Positions 11,858 to 25,726 of a DNA stretch of 64,000 nucleotides are shown piece after piece. The translations under genes and the position numbers were made by a program. Source of the DNA: Zancudomyces culisetae HAW-14-8 (Eukaryota; Fungi; Kickxellomycota); assembly GCA_052426225.1 (NCBI GenBank), contig JBNJNM010000011.1, positions 3,286,001-3,350,000 on the forward strand. Reading direction: 5' to 3'. The notes under the pieces were generated by a model. The model worked only from the letters and a program-made list of their open reading frames with translations, did no database searches and was not told where the DNA came from. Numbering within the stretch: position 1 is the stretch's first letter; each line of letters begins with the position of its first letter.

Positions 11858-12807
11858 TCATACAACTAATTTTTGTGAGTTATCGCCATGACCTCCATCG
11901 TGTGGTTGGTATTCCAAACTATCATTTTCTCCTAATCCTAGAAGTTTCTTAAAGTGCGCACCAGTCTCCTTATTCTTAACCTTGTCGTCATTGCTCTTTA
12001 CCCATAATCCAATCTTAAACATTACTCTACGGTTGGAAAACACCAACCCACAAATGTTATCATGATCTTCAAATGTTTCGCCAATAGCACCCAGTAGCTA
12101 TATTTGCACAACAACAAGAACCGTACCCGTTAAACCTCAAATCCTCCACTTTTCCATCTCATCACATCAAATATGTACATATATGTATAGCCTTAGTGAA
12201 TGTTGTTTAAAAATACTTACTGTATTGATCCATACTTCATTGATGTTATCACCGCGTGTTCTTCCAAAGTTAAATGACCATTTACCCCCATGGGCATTGG
12301 CAGGGTCTTCCCACATTGGCTTAATTCCCTTTTTGAAAAGATGGAAATTTGCACCAAACGGAATCTCGATTGCGCTTACAACATTATTTATAACCCTATG
12401 TTTTTAAAGAATATAAAAATATTGGTGATTAGGACACTTAATCCAGATGCTGAATATCACATAAATATTCGTCAAAAGCTGTAGCTAGAAAATCTGACAC
12501 CATCACCATCACCGAAATATAAATTCAAATCCTTTAACCGTATCTGACCTTTGCACTCTTTTTCATGATAAAGAATCCAAATAAAGAAAAAGGATGATGA
12601 TAAATGGGCAAGAAAAAAAGGAAAAGGTACTTACCCCCAAAATTCTTCAACTGTAGAAATTTCGACTACCTCTTTAAGATTCTGAGACCAGTTCTGTGAA
12701 TTAATCCTTTTATTTGGAGAATCATACCACAACACCCATTCGTGTTGTAGAGGATGAAGTGAATTGAATTTTTCTTGATCTTCAAAGACTGTAACTTTGG
12801 CTGTCAT
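11858..12807 (-). CDS. CDC33: eukaryotic translation initiation factor 4E, class I (3 exons)
   Basis: Spliced translation HPLQHEWVLWYD..QNWSQNL..TVEEFWG / FHLFKKGIKPMWEDPANAHGGKW..EVWINT / LLGAIGETF..KIGLWVK; all eight conserved Trp present; GTAAGT donors. Confidence 0.95.
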
Positions 12808-13876
12808 TGTAATTTCTTTTTTTTTTATACAAGTACCCTTCTAAACCTTTCTTAGATTTTTTCTTTGTCTTTGTTTCTCCCTTTTCTTGGATCTCGTGAG
12901 TCCTTTATTCACTTGTATACAACACGAAAAGAGTTTTATTTTTTTACGAATATCTCCAAAAAACTAAACTGGCAACAGTAAAAAATAAATAATAAAAAAT
13001 AGTTTACTATATTACCTCATGCAAAATCGTTCAATTTTCTGGGATATATGGCGAGCCTAATCCAAAAATAGCCAAAATATGTGATAAATTTTGGTTCAAA
13101 AAAAATTTTTTCTACACCAATTCCAATTTCAATTTCAATTTCAATTCCACTCTCTCACTCTCGCTCTCACTTTCCCTTACCCTCTCTCCCAAATTTGGAA
13201 CTGTTAATGGAATGAGTGGAAAAGAAAAACGCTCTAAAAAGTATGGTAAAATCTAGTAGAATGTTGTTGCATTTTCAAAGAGCATAGCGTATACAGTCCC
13301 TAACCTCAAAAAACCGCACACATTGGTTATATGTGTGATAGTGGTAGCAATACCCCCTAATTGGGCGATTTTTTCGTCTCTACCCTGACATTTCCCACTA
13401 ATGCCACTCATGTATTTGCACACCTTTACCATTATCAATAAGCCTTTTGTCAACGCCCAACAAATTGGGAAAAACAAGAAAGAAGAAAATGAAAGGAGGG
13501 GGAGGGAGGGGGGAGAGTGGAGAGTGGAGAGTGGAGAGTGGATGAATGGGGTAAACGGAGATTAATTTTTATTTAACGTATTATAAGGGAACATGAACAA
13601 GTCTATACACCTTTTTTTATTATAAGCTAGACACTCATGGCTCTATGAAAGGGAGTGTAATTAATTGAAAAAGTACCAAAAGTTCTTATAATACTACTAT
13701 AACCAAAGGATGAGTAAATAATATAACCAAACTTAACCCAATCCCCACTTCTACTTCATTTCCCTCCTCCCCTCCCCCCAGTCTTGTTTTCTTCTTACTA
13801 CATTAAATACCTAAATGAATCAAATAAAAAAAACTACCAAAGAAAAAAAGAAAAAAGAAAAGAGGAAAGAAGATCA

Positions 13877-15684
13877 TCAATCACAATCAGAAAATGATGC
13901 TATATGAAAGTTTGAATTATAACTATTCAATAAACTATCATCTTCTTTTGACAACACAGTAGTAAAGTCCTGCATTGTTACGGGACGCAAATCATATGAC
14001 TCAGGTGGTGACAGCTGCTCGTCCAGGTTCAATAGCTGTTGTTGACCTTCCTCGTTGTCACCAAAGACTGGATTACTCCGCATATACTCGCAGATTGGTG
14101 CCATCATGGCCTCCCTGCACAATTCCTTAAGATCGCTGCCTGACATTCCTGTGGTTCGTTCAACAAGTTCCTCAAGGTCAAAATTGGAATCGAGTGCTGC
14201 GTTTTTCAAGTAGAGCTTCAAAATATTCTTTCTTTGCTCGCTGCCTGGAGGTTTAAGATAAAACCGTTTGGGCATTCTTCGCATTATTGCGGCATCTAAG
14301 TGTATTGAAATTTAGTTGTATACATTATTCAGATTTATTCTGCCAAAGCTAGCCAATTCAAAAAAGATAAAATAAAAATAAAATAAAATCTTTGGTAGTG
14401 ATCCAAAACTTACCAATATCATTTGGTCTATTTGTTGCTCCAATAACCTATTCAGTTCAGCATAAAATTATCATCATCAGCCACGAATACCACACCGCTA
14501 GCTAAAACATAAACAAATGAAAAGTTGCGCCAAGCAAGAACTTACCAAAACTCTGTTTCCGCTGTCGGTGGCCAACCCATCCCACAAACTCATAAACTCT
14601 GCTTTCATCATGGATGTTGCCTCATGGTCTCTACTCTCTCTTGTACGGAACAGCGAGTCGATCTCATCAATGAATATAATGGTTGGCTGCAACTTGTCTG
14701 CAAGAGTAAAAACAGCTTTGACCAAGCGATTTGATTCACCAAACTATTTTTGTATTATTGATACTTTGATATTTTGATATTTTGATATTTTTACATAATA
14801 TAAAAAGGAAAAAGGAAAAAGGAAAAAGAGGCAACAAGGCGAGAATAGGGAAAGAGAATGGTTACTTACCCATTTATCCATCAAAGTAGAAAGGTGAAGG
14901 TTGATAAAGCGGGCTCTGGATTCTTTTGCAAGTGCCTTTGCAAGCATTGTCTTTCCACACCCTAAAAACCAAAGATATAAAAAAAAAGGAGGATTGAGAT
15001 ATTGGTAACTCCACATAGTTAACTTTAAAATATATTCAAAAACCTAATGTAAGTAGATACGCTACCTGGTGGTCCATAAAGCAAAACACCCTTTGGAGAT
15101 CCAAACAGATCCATTGTGCTTGAAAATAGCTGGGGGTGGTTAAGAGGGTATATTACTGATTCCTTAAGCTCGCCAATTATATCGTCCAACCCTCCGATAT
15201 CTATCAGATTTGTCGTTATTATATTTTCGTATCAATAGCTCATCCATCCACAAACTTTATGATAATAGTAACAATAATAACAATAATAAAGGCAAATAAA
15301 TGGCAGAGTGTCAAGACACAACAAGGCAAAAATGTTTCTTCTACCACACCACACCACACCACACCACACCACACCACCACCTTCTCTTCCTCCTCCTCCC
15401 CCCGCCCTCTTTCTTTTCTCTCTCTTTTACATACCTGAAAATGTAACCTTGAGATCGTCTGGAAGGATCACTTCACCCATTATTATTTTTTCGTACTCAT
15501 TTAAGGTGATATTCTTGAGCTGTAATTTGTTCGTAAGTGTTTTGCTTTTTTCTTGAGCCTGCTTTTTCTGATCGGATTGTGGGTCGAATTTATTAACCAA
15601 GTAGCGGAATCCAATAAACACGACCACTTGGGTCAGAATTAGCATTGACACTTCTGAAATAATCTTTTTAGTTGTCGGGTTCAT
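13877..15684 (-). CDS. MSP1: mitochondrial outer-membrane AAA ATPase Msp1/ATAD1 (multi-exon)
   Basis: N-terminal TM anchor, 'LNEYEKII', 'DIGGLD', Walker A GPPGCGKT split by an intron, Walker B IIFIDEID, '[19 protein letters not shown]', 'RRMPKRF', '[10 protein letters not shown]'. Confidence 0.95.
15343..15380 (+). repeat. (CCACA)n microsatellite in MSP1 intron 1
   Basis: Tandem accac units. Confidence 0.8.
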
Positions 15685-16336
15685 TCTTTATCTATATTTT
15701 TTCTTGGTTTTTTTTTTTTTATAAAAAAAAAAAAGTGTACTTTTTGATGTATATATTGATAAAACAACTAAATATAACTATTATAAATATATATACAAAA
15801 GTGATATTGCAGATATTTTTTTCAATTAATTATCGTCCATAATCTTTTATATCGTTAAATTCTCGAATAAACTCGCGTTTCACAACATGAAGAAAACGTG
15901 TAAATGATAAAATAAAAATAAAAATCTGTGGATTTTCTTGGCCAAAACTCTCACGTGCACTTGCATTATTTTAATTTTAGTATATCATCTGCTTTTCAAA
16001 AACAAAACGAAAAAGAGAAAAAGGTCACTTAGTTGCTACATTATTTGTGTTTAGGAAAAAGTCATTTATCATGGTATATAACACACCCAAAACTTACGAG
16101 GTAGTGTGAATAAGAAATAAAAATAACGATTGTTTTTAGACACTTATTTTTTTGATACGAGTCTGATCGCTAAGATTCGACAAGAAGGACAGAAAATAAT
16201 ATAAAATTAAATAAAATGATAAAATAAAAGATAAAAAAATAAAAAAACGAATAGTAAAAAGAAACAGTAAATGGCGCTAAACTAAAAGGAGGAAAAAAGG
16301 ATGGGAAAAAGGGGGAAAATGGAGAAGATGGGTATA

Positions 16337-19300
16337 TCATGGTTTTCGTTTATAGGCTCTATTAATGGGCCGTCCACCACCACCACTGTTATTATTATTT
16401 CCATAGTATTTTTGGTTAGGATTTGGATTTCCAAAATTCCTGTTTCCACCACCAGGTACAAATCCACCCATATTATTGCCACCATTATTATTACCATAGC
16501 CCATATTATGTTGGTGTTGCTGCTGATATTGGTGCTGTTGGTGCTGTTGGTGGTGTTGTTGTTGTTGTTGATGATGGTGATGATGAGAAGGGTAGTTTAC
16601 AGTTGAGCTAGTAGTTGTAGAAACACTGGATTGGGAATTAATCCGGGGACGCTTTTTGGTGGGACCGAATCCACCTCCACCACCACCGCCGCCGCCGGAC
16701 ATGCCAAAGTTGTCATTCCCAGGTTTCCAAGACCTGTTCTTGGAATGCTGGTGCTGGTGTGACGAACTACCAGTGCCACCTTTGTTGGATGAATTAAAGA
16801 TCCTACTACCTCCTGAAGGGCCGCCACCACCACCTCCTCCTCCTCCACTACCTGAATAATGCTGTTGTTGTTGGTGTTGAGGGTATTGATTATAGTTTTT
16901 AGATGATAAAGATGGAGACAACGGGGATCTGTATGAGCTGAACTGACCACCAGCTCCACCACCAGAGGTGTTAATACCCGAAAGTGTAGAAAGTAGATTG
17001 ATTGAAGAATTCATATTTCCTACACCACCACCGCCAGCCATATTATTACTATTTCGGTTATAATTCAAAAAATTGGAGGAAGAAACAGCCGGTTTAGGCA
17101 GCTGTAAACCCAGAATACTCTCAACTAGCAGGTTTACATCAAGTGTAGGTGTGGATGAAAGAGCATGTGATGAAAGAGGCAAAGAGTTTAATCTATCAAC
17201 AACCGTCATCAACACGTCATTTCCCGCCCCTCCCCCAACACCACCAGATACAGAAGTAGGTACAGAAGTAGCTGCTGATTGTCTGAAGTTATCGTGATAT
17301 GCTGCTGAGGAAACAGATGGTGGGTAACTAACAACACTGCTGCTCTGGCTGCTAGCAGAAACCACAGAACCGCTACGCCGTCTGCCTGATCTACCATGAC
17401 CTTGTTGATGCTGGTGTTGGTGTTGAGTTTGGTGTTGGTGTTGGTGTTGAGGTTGATCAAGGTTGGGCGGGTCGGTATTTTTGTGACTGCTCCAGTGCGA
17501 CAAATCGGGCCGATACGTCTTTTGATATTTTGGTTTGACAGAGTGCAAGAGCTGGTTCCGGCTAAGGAACTTCCCATTGGTAATTGATGCCAATTTGATG
17601 GTTCTTGCATATTTGACATCTTCATCTTCATCTTCTTCATCTGCCTCCCCTCCTTCTCCTTCATCGTGCTGAGTATGATAACTGTCGGCATACTTGCCAG
17701 TCTTTCCCGCACCTTTGGATGCCAATGAAGCCTTTGCAGCGTTGGAAGATGCTAGAGCAGAGGTAGAGTTACCTGCACATGTCTCCAAAGCTATACCATC
17801 AAGGTCCAAGTATGTATACCGCTGAACTAATAGTGTAGTTGGGCTTTCTCTTTTAAATGTGTCCAGAATGCGTGAATTCAGCGCATAAATACTAGACAAG
17901 TCAAAGTACAAGTTTTCGTACTCAGAAAACAAGTCCCAAAATCCACGCAGGCTCTTTTCATCTGATACACCATCCAACTCCTTCCCTTTTTCGTTTTGAT
18001 TCTCCTTTTCTCTCTCCCTCTCCCTCTCTTGATCTCTCTCTTCCTTCCTAGAAACAACCCGCTCAAACAACGCCCGAGTATTGTTGTCGTCATTCATATT
18101 GATAAGAAACTTCAAGTACTCGGAGACATACTCGTTGCAATCAAAAAAGTGCTTCAGGCCATATTCAAAGATTCTTCCTGCGATTGTGCTGTTTTTGGTC
18201 ACGTGGAACTCAATCATTGCTGAAGCTACAAACAAATGGTATGTTATGTATTCGATATCCTTGGTTCGAGCCGTTTTGAAGATTGCTCTTGCTTCATTTA
18301 TTCCCTCCGCCCTCAGTCCAAACCTCAAGTATGCTATATAGACCATTGTATATTTTTTCTTCAGTTGTTCCACCTCCTTGTGTTCGCTAGCAGCATACTT
18401 TTCCCGGATTTTTCTATACCTGCTGTTATTACCACCATACTCGCCACGCCTATTCTCTTGGACATTACTGCTACCCTCGAAATCAGATAACCGGTCCAGT
18501 TCTGATTCACTTTCCATGTTTCCTTTACCATCCCTACCTCTACCTCTATCTCTATCTCTACCCCGACCTCTTCCTGTTTGTTGCGCATTTGTGCCCATAT
18601 CCGCTTTTACCTGTACCTGTGTCTTTGCCTTGATCCGCGCCTCTATCTTCTTGTATGTCTTGGCATACTTTTCTTTAACTTTGACTATCTGCTGTTCTAT
18701 AAGCTCCAACTGCTCCTTATAAACCTTATGACACTTTTCGTTGTTTCCAAATGATTCTTCGTATTCAGTATACAAAAACAATACACTTGAGCTTTGCGGA
18801 AGCACCTTGTTCGCTTCAATCATCAACTTTAACGCTTCATTCTTTTCGTCCAACTCCCACAAATACTGCGCCGCTTCTGTCCATATTTCTGGATAAAACC
18901 GAAGCGCCTCAACTGCCTGCTGGTATGCGTAAATCACTCTTTGCTGTAGAAGCTTTTCATCTTCCAGGTTTTGTGGATTTCCCTTTTCCCATTCAATGTA
19001 TCTTTTCCATGCGTTGTAATATTTGACCTCTTTTTCTTTGAAACTTATTGGAACAACAAGGTTGTATGCTGGCCGATATCGCTGGATCGCATCAGTGTAT
19101 TTCTTTGCCTCCCGGACCGTCGCTCTGACTGTCATGTACACTGCAGATACGTCCGCCAACTGTCGTTTTGCCATTTGCTTGTTCACTGTGTTCTCAAATA
19201 CATCGTAGTTTTTCCATATGCTTTCCACCATTGAAAGCGGCGTAGATATTGCTCGATGATAAACCTTTCTGACACTTTCGTTTTGCTTACTCTGCTCCCA

Positions 19301-19817
19301 CCCCTGTGTATACTCTCCTGATCGCAAAAACTCAATATACATCTGCCACAATGGCCCCGACTCTCTATCCAATCCCACATGATTCAAAACAAATTCATAG
19401 CACTGCTCAACAGTCGCTCTTTGCTCTGCTAACACCACTTGACCTGCCTCGTTGCTGTTGATTTTTTGAATATATTTAATATAAAACGTCCACAATTCTA
19501 TCGATTTAGTGCTAGCCAATGTTCTTGTAAATATATGCTCTACCGCTGCTAATTGTCGCTGCTTCAATTCAAAGTCGCAGTATTCTCTCCAGTGCTTCCC
19601 TGATGTCGGGTATTGCTTTAAAAACCGCTCGTATGCTTCTCGCATCATCGCTGGATCTCCTTGTGCATCTACCTCCGCCAACAGGTTTACCCAGCTTTCG
19701 CTATCATATTCATTTTGTCTGATTTTTGATTCTAGTTGCTCGATTTTCCTATTTCCTCCTGCTAGGCTTACGAATCCACTATTTAAATTCTCTTCTTCTT
19801 CTTCCTCTTCTTCCTCT

Positions 19818-19855
<38 letters not shown>

Positions 19856-20434
19856 CTCCTCCTCCTCTTCTTCTTCCTCCTGCTCCCTTTGGCCTTTCTC
19901 TTCATCGTCTTTCTTTTTTTTCTCTTCATCGTCCTCATCGTGTTGTTCCTCCTCGTTTTTCACACTTTGCTCGACTTTTTCCTCTTCTACCTCTTTTTCT
20001 TTCATTAAATTATTTTGCTGTGGAATAACTATACCTTCATGCACCTCTTCTATCTCTTCTATCTCCTCTTCCTCCTCCTCTTCCCCTTCTGCTTCCTTCT
20101 TTTCCTCTTGTTTCGCTTCCTCCTCTTCTTTTTCTTCCTCTTTTTCTACTATTTTTTCTTCCTCCTCTACCCTTTCTTCTTCTTCTGCCTTTTCTTCTAG
20201 CCTTTCTTCTTCTTCGTCTTCCTTTTGCTCTTCTTCCTGAATATCTGTCATTCCTTGCTCTATTATTTCTTCCTTCACATGTTCTGCTTCATTATCCACC
20301 TGCTCTCCTTCTTGTTCCTCCATTACCTGCTGCTCCCCCATTTCAGTGTCTTGCTGCTGATCCTCATCCATTCTTTCGATTGTTTCGGTATCATTTTCCT
20401 GTACATTTGGTATACTTCCATGATCTTCCTCCAT
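16337..20434 (-). CDS. RNA14: mRNA 3'-end processing factor Rna14/CstF-77 (HAT repeats), intronless
   Basis: HAT/Suf pattern 'REAYERFLKQYPTSGKHW', 'WKRYIEWEKGNP', 'RVIYAYQQA..LRFYPEIW', 'RAEGINEARAIF', 'RIFEYGLKHF', 'NTRALFER'. Confidence 0.93.
19789..19881 (-). repeat. (GAA/GAG)n coding repeat, about 30 consecutive Glu
   Basis: Poly-E run in the Rna14 N-terminus. Confidence 0.9.
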
Positions 20435-23400
20435 TTCGATTTTCTCTTGATTTCTTTTTTTACTCAGCTTAAATACAAGTATGTGACAGTACTGTTGATT
20501 AAATTATATTAGTTGTATTCTACCACTGAATGTTCGTATGAGTTCGTAATACCTGGCCGGCTATTTATATTCCCTTATGTTCTCCTGACTCTCAATTCCT
20601 AATCTTTACAAACCCTTAACTTTCCCAATTCTCACTTGTCTTTTTTATTATTTTCGAAGCACTTATTTTACCTAGTTTGATGTAAGTAACAAAATAAGAT
20701 TAGATCGACTGTCTATGTTTACCTTCTGAATTATCAATTGAATCTTTATATCAATTACGTGCCCCAGATTCACCAAAGTCTCCTCATTTTATTTAATCTA
20801 TCCCAGTTTGTTCATCAGTACTCATCATCTGTCAAAATCAAGACAGTAAAGCATTGATAAACACGTCATCATTCAATTTAATTTCAATCTGTGAGTACAC
20901 CAATATATCATCCGCAAATACGCAAACAAACTGCCCAATCTTCCTTTGCCTTCCCTCCACATCCATTTAATCCCATCTCCCCTTATCTCATATTTCAAAC
21001 CTTGAGCAAGCGTATCATTAGACTTTAAAAAAAGTCGGCTATGTACAGCAATAAAAGGAAATGAATCCTTTCTTCTTTTCCTTAATAATGGTATATACTG
21101 TAGAACTTTCTTTTCTTCGTGGATATAATTCAAATCCATCGCTAGTAGTAACAATACAGATTGCCAAGGAGAGAAAAAAAAAGGGTTATGGTACAACTTT
21201 CTGGCTGCCTGGATTAAACTATCAATGTCAATAAATCTTTGCTTTTCTCCCCCTCCTCATTAAATTTCATTTAGGTGAAAAAACAAACAAACAGTGATGA
21301 AATGTACACATCTCTGTCTGATTACTCGTATTGCGGTATTGTGTAACTCAATGAAACTCGTGCCTAGTACAACGTGGAAGTTTTTTTTTTCAAGCAAGTG
21401 TAGCGTGTATGGGCACACATTCAAACATTAAATTTGGAATGATGACTTTCGGGAGCATGAATGGGGCTTATCCTTTATAACTCTAGTTGTTGAACAAACT
21501 GATAACATACTTTGCCCTCTTTTTCGAGATTATGGGAGTAAAATAAAATAATCTTTCTCTTGTTCTTCGATCTTAACAAACAAACTAAAACAACAGAGGG
21601 TGATATGGCAATAATCAAATATATGTTTACTCTTTATACAAACTTACAGTTCTTTGGTGCAACGATTCAGTAAATACCCTCAAGTGTTATTTTTTGAAAA
21701 GGAAGCAGTCCAGCTAATTGCTCTTTACTTTTTGGCTTATAAATGAGCTGTAACTGAAAGTTTTCACTTTACCTACCTTTATTATTTATTTCTTTTGATT
21801 CCAATTATAAAGTAGATTAATTGTAAATTGCTTGGTAATTCTAGTTCCGAAAATATCCGTTTGTTTTTATTATTATTATTGCTAGTGTTTTTATTATTGA
21901 AAAAAAAATTTTTTTTATTATTTATTTTATTATTTTTTACTTTTTCAATTCTTCGCATTTTTTTTAAAAAGTTATAAAAAGGTCAATGTAAAGTGTGTAA
22001 AAAATCTGTAATCTACAAACAAATAAATGAGAAGTATTAAAGTCAAGCAATTTTTTTCATTCCCATTTTTTTTATATTAGTCCCTTGTTCAATACTCGTT
22101 TTCCACTCAAGATACAGAACTTCATTTTGAATTAAAACAAGCTGCAAATTACGCGAAAAAAGATAATTACGCCAAACAAGAAAAATAAATAAATAATATT
22201 ACTGTTTTTCGTACTTGCCTTTTTTTATTAAAAAAAAAAGCTCGAACATTTGAATTCTTCACTCAAGTTCTAATTAACCACATTAAACACTTTAGGTAAA
22301 CCTATGACGTGACTGCCAAGCCAATACTTAGCAAACTACAATACATTAAGAAGAAATCTGATACATCTGCAACTTTTCAAAACAGAGTTTGGAAACATAC
22401 TGAACCAAAAAACTGACATGCATATCTCCCATAACACATTGTTGATGTAGAGTTAAATCCATCAACAAAGCATCAGCATGGTTTTTTTTTCTCTGTCGCT
22501 TAAGCATGCATTGTTTATCCTCATAATACTACCTTCTTTTTTTTTTGCTGATGGCTTGAAAAAAACGTATCAGTTCTCTCTATTTCGTCCTCAAAGGTAG
22601 GTATCTGGATACTTGTAGTATTTTTTATATACATAACCAATATAATATATGCTTTTGTTCATTTTCAGTAAAGCATAGCGTGAAATCTAAAAAGGAAATG
22701 ATGAATTTGTTTAACTTTTTAGAGTTGTATCATCACAAATTATAGTTCTATAATCATAGAGCCATATTTTTTTTTCTTTTTTCTTTCTTCCCTTTTTTTT
22801 TGTCTCTTTTCCCTTTACCTTTTCAGCTCTGTTGGCTAGTACGCACATGATGATACTATTTTAACTTGGCTTACTTCTAAAAACAAAAGAGTTGCACTTA
22901 TTATATTAACGTAAATTCGATATCTCACATTTATCTAATCAATCAACAACTCGGTTCCCGTCTAGCATATATTTTCACAGTCATATGATAAAAATTTTTG
23001 CAATTAAAACGCTTTCAGCGTGGATTCAAACAACATTCTGTTACAAAAGCTATAAAACACTGCCCCTTGATCTATTAGATAACGTTATCTATCAAGATTA
23101 CATGTATTTATACTTAAAACTCTGATTACTTGCCCACCTACCCCTTTACGGCAAACAACTTCATGCGGAGTAACAGGCAATTAGATGAACTAAAGTTATC
23201 TTAGTAACTTTAGTAATTCTGATTTCACAAGAAAAGTAGATCTTGGACACTAGCATTGACCATAAGCTACCTTTTGAGATTAATTGCCTGATAAAATCTA
23301 CACTAATTAAGTTTAGTCTACTTGTGTTATTACCAATCCTACAGTTTAGAGCAAATCAATACGAGTTACGTACTCCGTTTCTAGTCTCTTATCAGTGGAC

Positions 23401-24950
23401 AATGGTTGGCTCAAGTGTCATAGCTTGCTCTTTTCACATCTAACTCTGTGTTCGAATTTCAGTAGGTAGTATCCACTATACTCTCTTTCCCCATTTTAAT
23501 AGAACAAGCATCGAGCAGCTCAAATAGCTTGAAACAAGGTTCTGCTTTTCTACACTCTGATCTTGTTCTGCTGGAAATATATCTACAATATGTCGTTTTG
23601 TTTTCACTTTACGCTGGTTTTAATAACCACTGGTGTTTGGGCAGGATTATTAAGCATATATAGTAGGTAAAGTAATGCGAATCATAATATGATATCAAAT
23701 GTTGTGGTATCCAACTAACGTAATAGATTATTCCCAAAAATCTTTACAAAGTATATACCGTTTGTTGGTCTGTTTCCAACAAGATTTATCGAATCTAATG
23801 CATAATTAAGGGGAGGTCAAAGTGTTGGCTTCTCTTATTTACTATACTTTTTTCGAATAGTTGGCTTTTATGTTGTTTTTTTTGCTTTATTTTGTTGCTG
23901 TGCAATTTCCCTTTTAGGAAATCACACCGCTTTTTGGATTTAGGTAACAGAAAGAATTTGACCACCAATTTATTTATTTATCGCCTCAATGGAATTGATG
24001 AATCAGGATTGTGCGTTTCGAAAGTGAATAACATATTACACAGCTTCGCCTTATCTTTAGCCACTGTTCCAGTAAAATAAACCAAAAAATAGAACATCAT
24101 GTGAACCTCTTAGAAAATCTTTTTGTTTGAAAATATTACGAGTTATTTTTCATTAAACACCAAAAGACAAACAACCCAAATGGGAAATTAAGCTAGTGAA
24201 ACGCAGATACAGAGCTTATCCAGCAGCCTATTAATTACCTATGTCATGTACCCATATTTTAATCAGTAAATCACCACGCCCAATAGTGAAATGATAAGGA
24301 TTAGCACCCAACCCAAACAATAGTTTTTGTACATTATATAGTTTTTCTTATCTTTAAGTATAATTGGCTTTCTTGGAGAACATTGATTTTCACCGCTGTG
24401 CTCTGATTGACGTTACTAAAATACACCAATATATTTAATTTTCCAATATCAATAAGCTTTGTTAAAGCTGCCAGGAGAGAATCTAGAAGACATGCAACTA
24501 AGTCATTAGTGTTGCAGTGTGTTGATGTGATTTTTGTTTAGCAAGCAAGGAAATCGGGCTTTATGAATTATGTTTGGTATTAAGCACAATACCCAGAGTC
24601 TAGAGTGCTTAGTTAAGAGTTCAATCAATTAAGCCAAGACACCTGGCTATGGGCTACTCCTTGGCCTATGGGGTTTTTTCTTTTGCTTAGTATTTGTCAC
24701 CTGATTTTAAATTTGTTACCCACACTTCCTCAATGCCGATAGAACTCTTTTCGTTTTTTTGTGGCGAAAGATTTTCATTTGAATGTGAGATTTCACTAAA
24801 ACGTTGTTGGGTCAGCAGTTATTTTGTTATCATGTCATAACCTCTGTTTTGGCAATTGTGTGATTAATTTGCAATTAGGTGCAATCCAGCTCAATCCAGT
24901 GCAATTCACCGCAGCTCAATGTAATTTGATACAATTCGGTGGAAGTATAG

Positions 24951-25015
24951 AAAAAAACAAAAAACAAAAAACAAAAAACAAAAAACAAAAAACAAAAAAC
25001 AAAAGACAAAAAAAT
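24951..25015 (+). repeat. (AAAAAAC)n simple repeat
   Basis: Tandem heptamer upstream of the ATO gene. Confidence 0.85.
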
Positions 25016-25581
25016 AGAGCTGAAAAAATTTTTTTTGTCAGATTCACAGTGCTTATCTAATGGAAATTGTAAAATACATATATATTGTGCCAAATCATCG
25101 GTTAATCACCAGAAAACGTAGCTAATATGGGATGGTCAAACCCTATTTTGGCCTGTTGCAACCATCCAGCACGGGCGTTAAAAGCATTGATGAGGTTGTA
25201 AAAACCAAAATCACTTGCCCATAATTTCCTATACAGGATAATATGCAAGAAATATCAAAAAAATATTTGATAATAATTACGATAATATCTGTAAAACATT
25301 ATCGTCTTGAAACTCCCAACCCCTTATATCTATGCATTGACTTTTTGTCCAAAGAAAAAAAAAAGTAAACAAACTTGGTTGTGCAGTTGATTTTCCAATC
25401 CACTTCGTGGGTACAATACAGCTAAACGCATTTTCAACTTTGGAAAACTAAAGATACAGGTCCAAAACATACCAAATACCAAAACGTTAGTCCAAAAAAA
25501 ATAATCAAAATACATTATTTGATTAGTATACCAGTGCCAAATATGCTCAAAAAGTTGAATTCAAAGAAAATATTTTTCCAA

Positions 25582-25589
25582 TATAAATA
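25582..25589 (+). promoter_or_regulatory. candidate TATA box of the ATO/GPR1 gene
   Basis: TATAAATA about 140 nt upstream of the ATG; AT-rich background lowers certainty. Confidence 0.4.
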
Positions 25590-25726
25590 TCTACAAATTT
25601 CCCCTAAAGCAACCTGACAATAAACTTCTTTACACTGGTATAATCAAATTAATTTACAAATTTAATCAAAAGTATCAACCTCTCTCTCCAAACCCAAGAG
25701 ATACAACCAAAAAAACACAATCAAAA

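Noticed and set aside
12423-12502. C/D-like boxes inside eIF4E intron 1
   Set aside because: Antisense to the host gene and box C is non-consensus.
20810-20873. Minus-strand ATGATGA...TTGA...ATGATGA..CTGA resembling a C/D snoRNA
   Set aside because: Only 3 nt between C' and D, no terminal stem, and no rRNA-complementary guide I could recognise.
21439-21502. ATGATGA...CTGA with 'ctttcggg' complementary to LSU rRNA cccgaaag
   Set aside because: Only 8 nt of complementarity and no closing stem; expected by chance.
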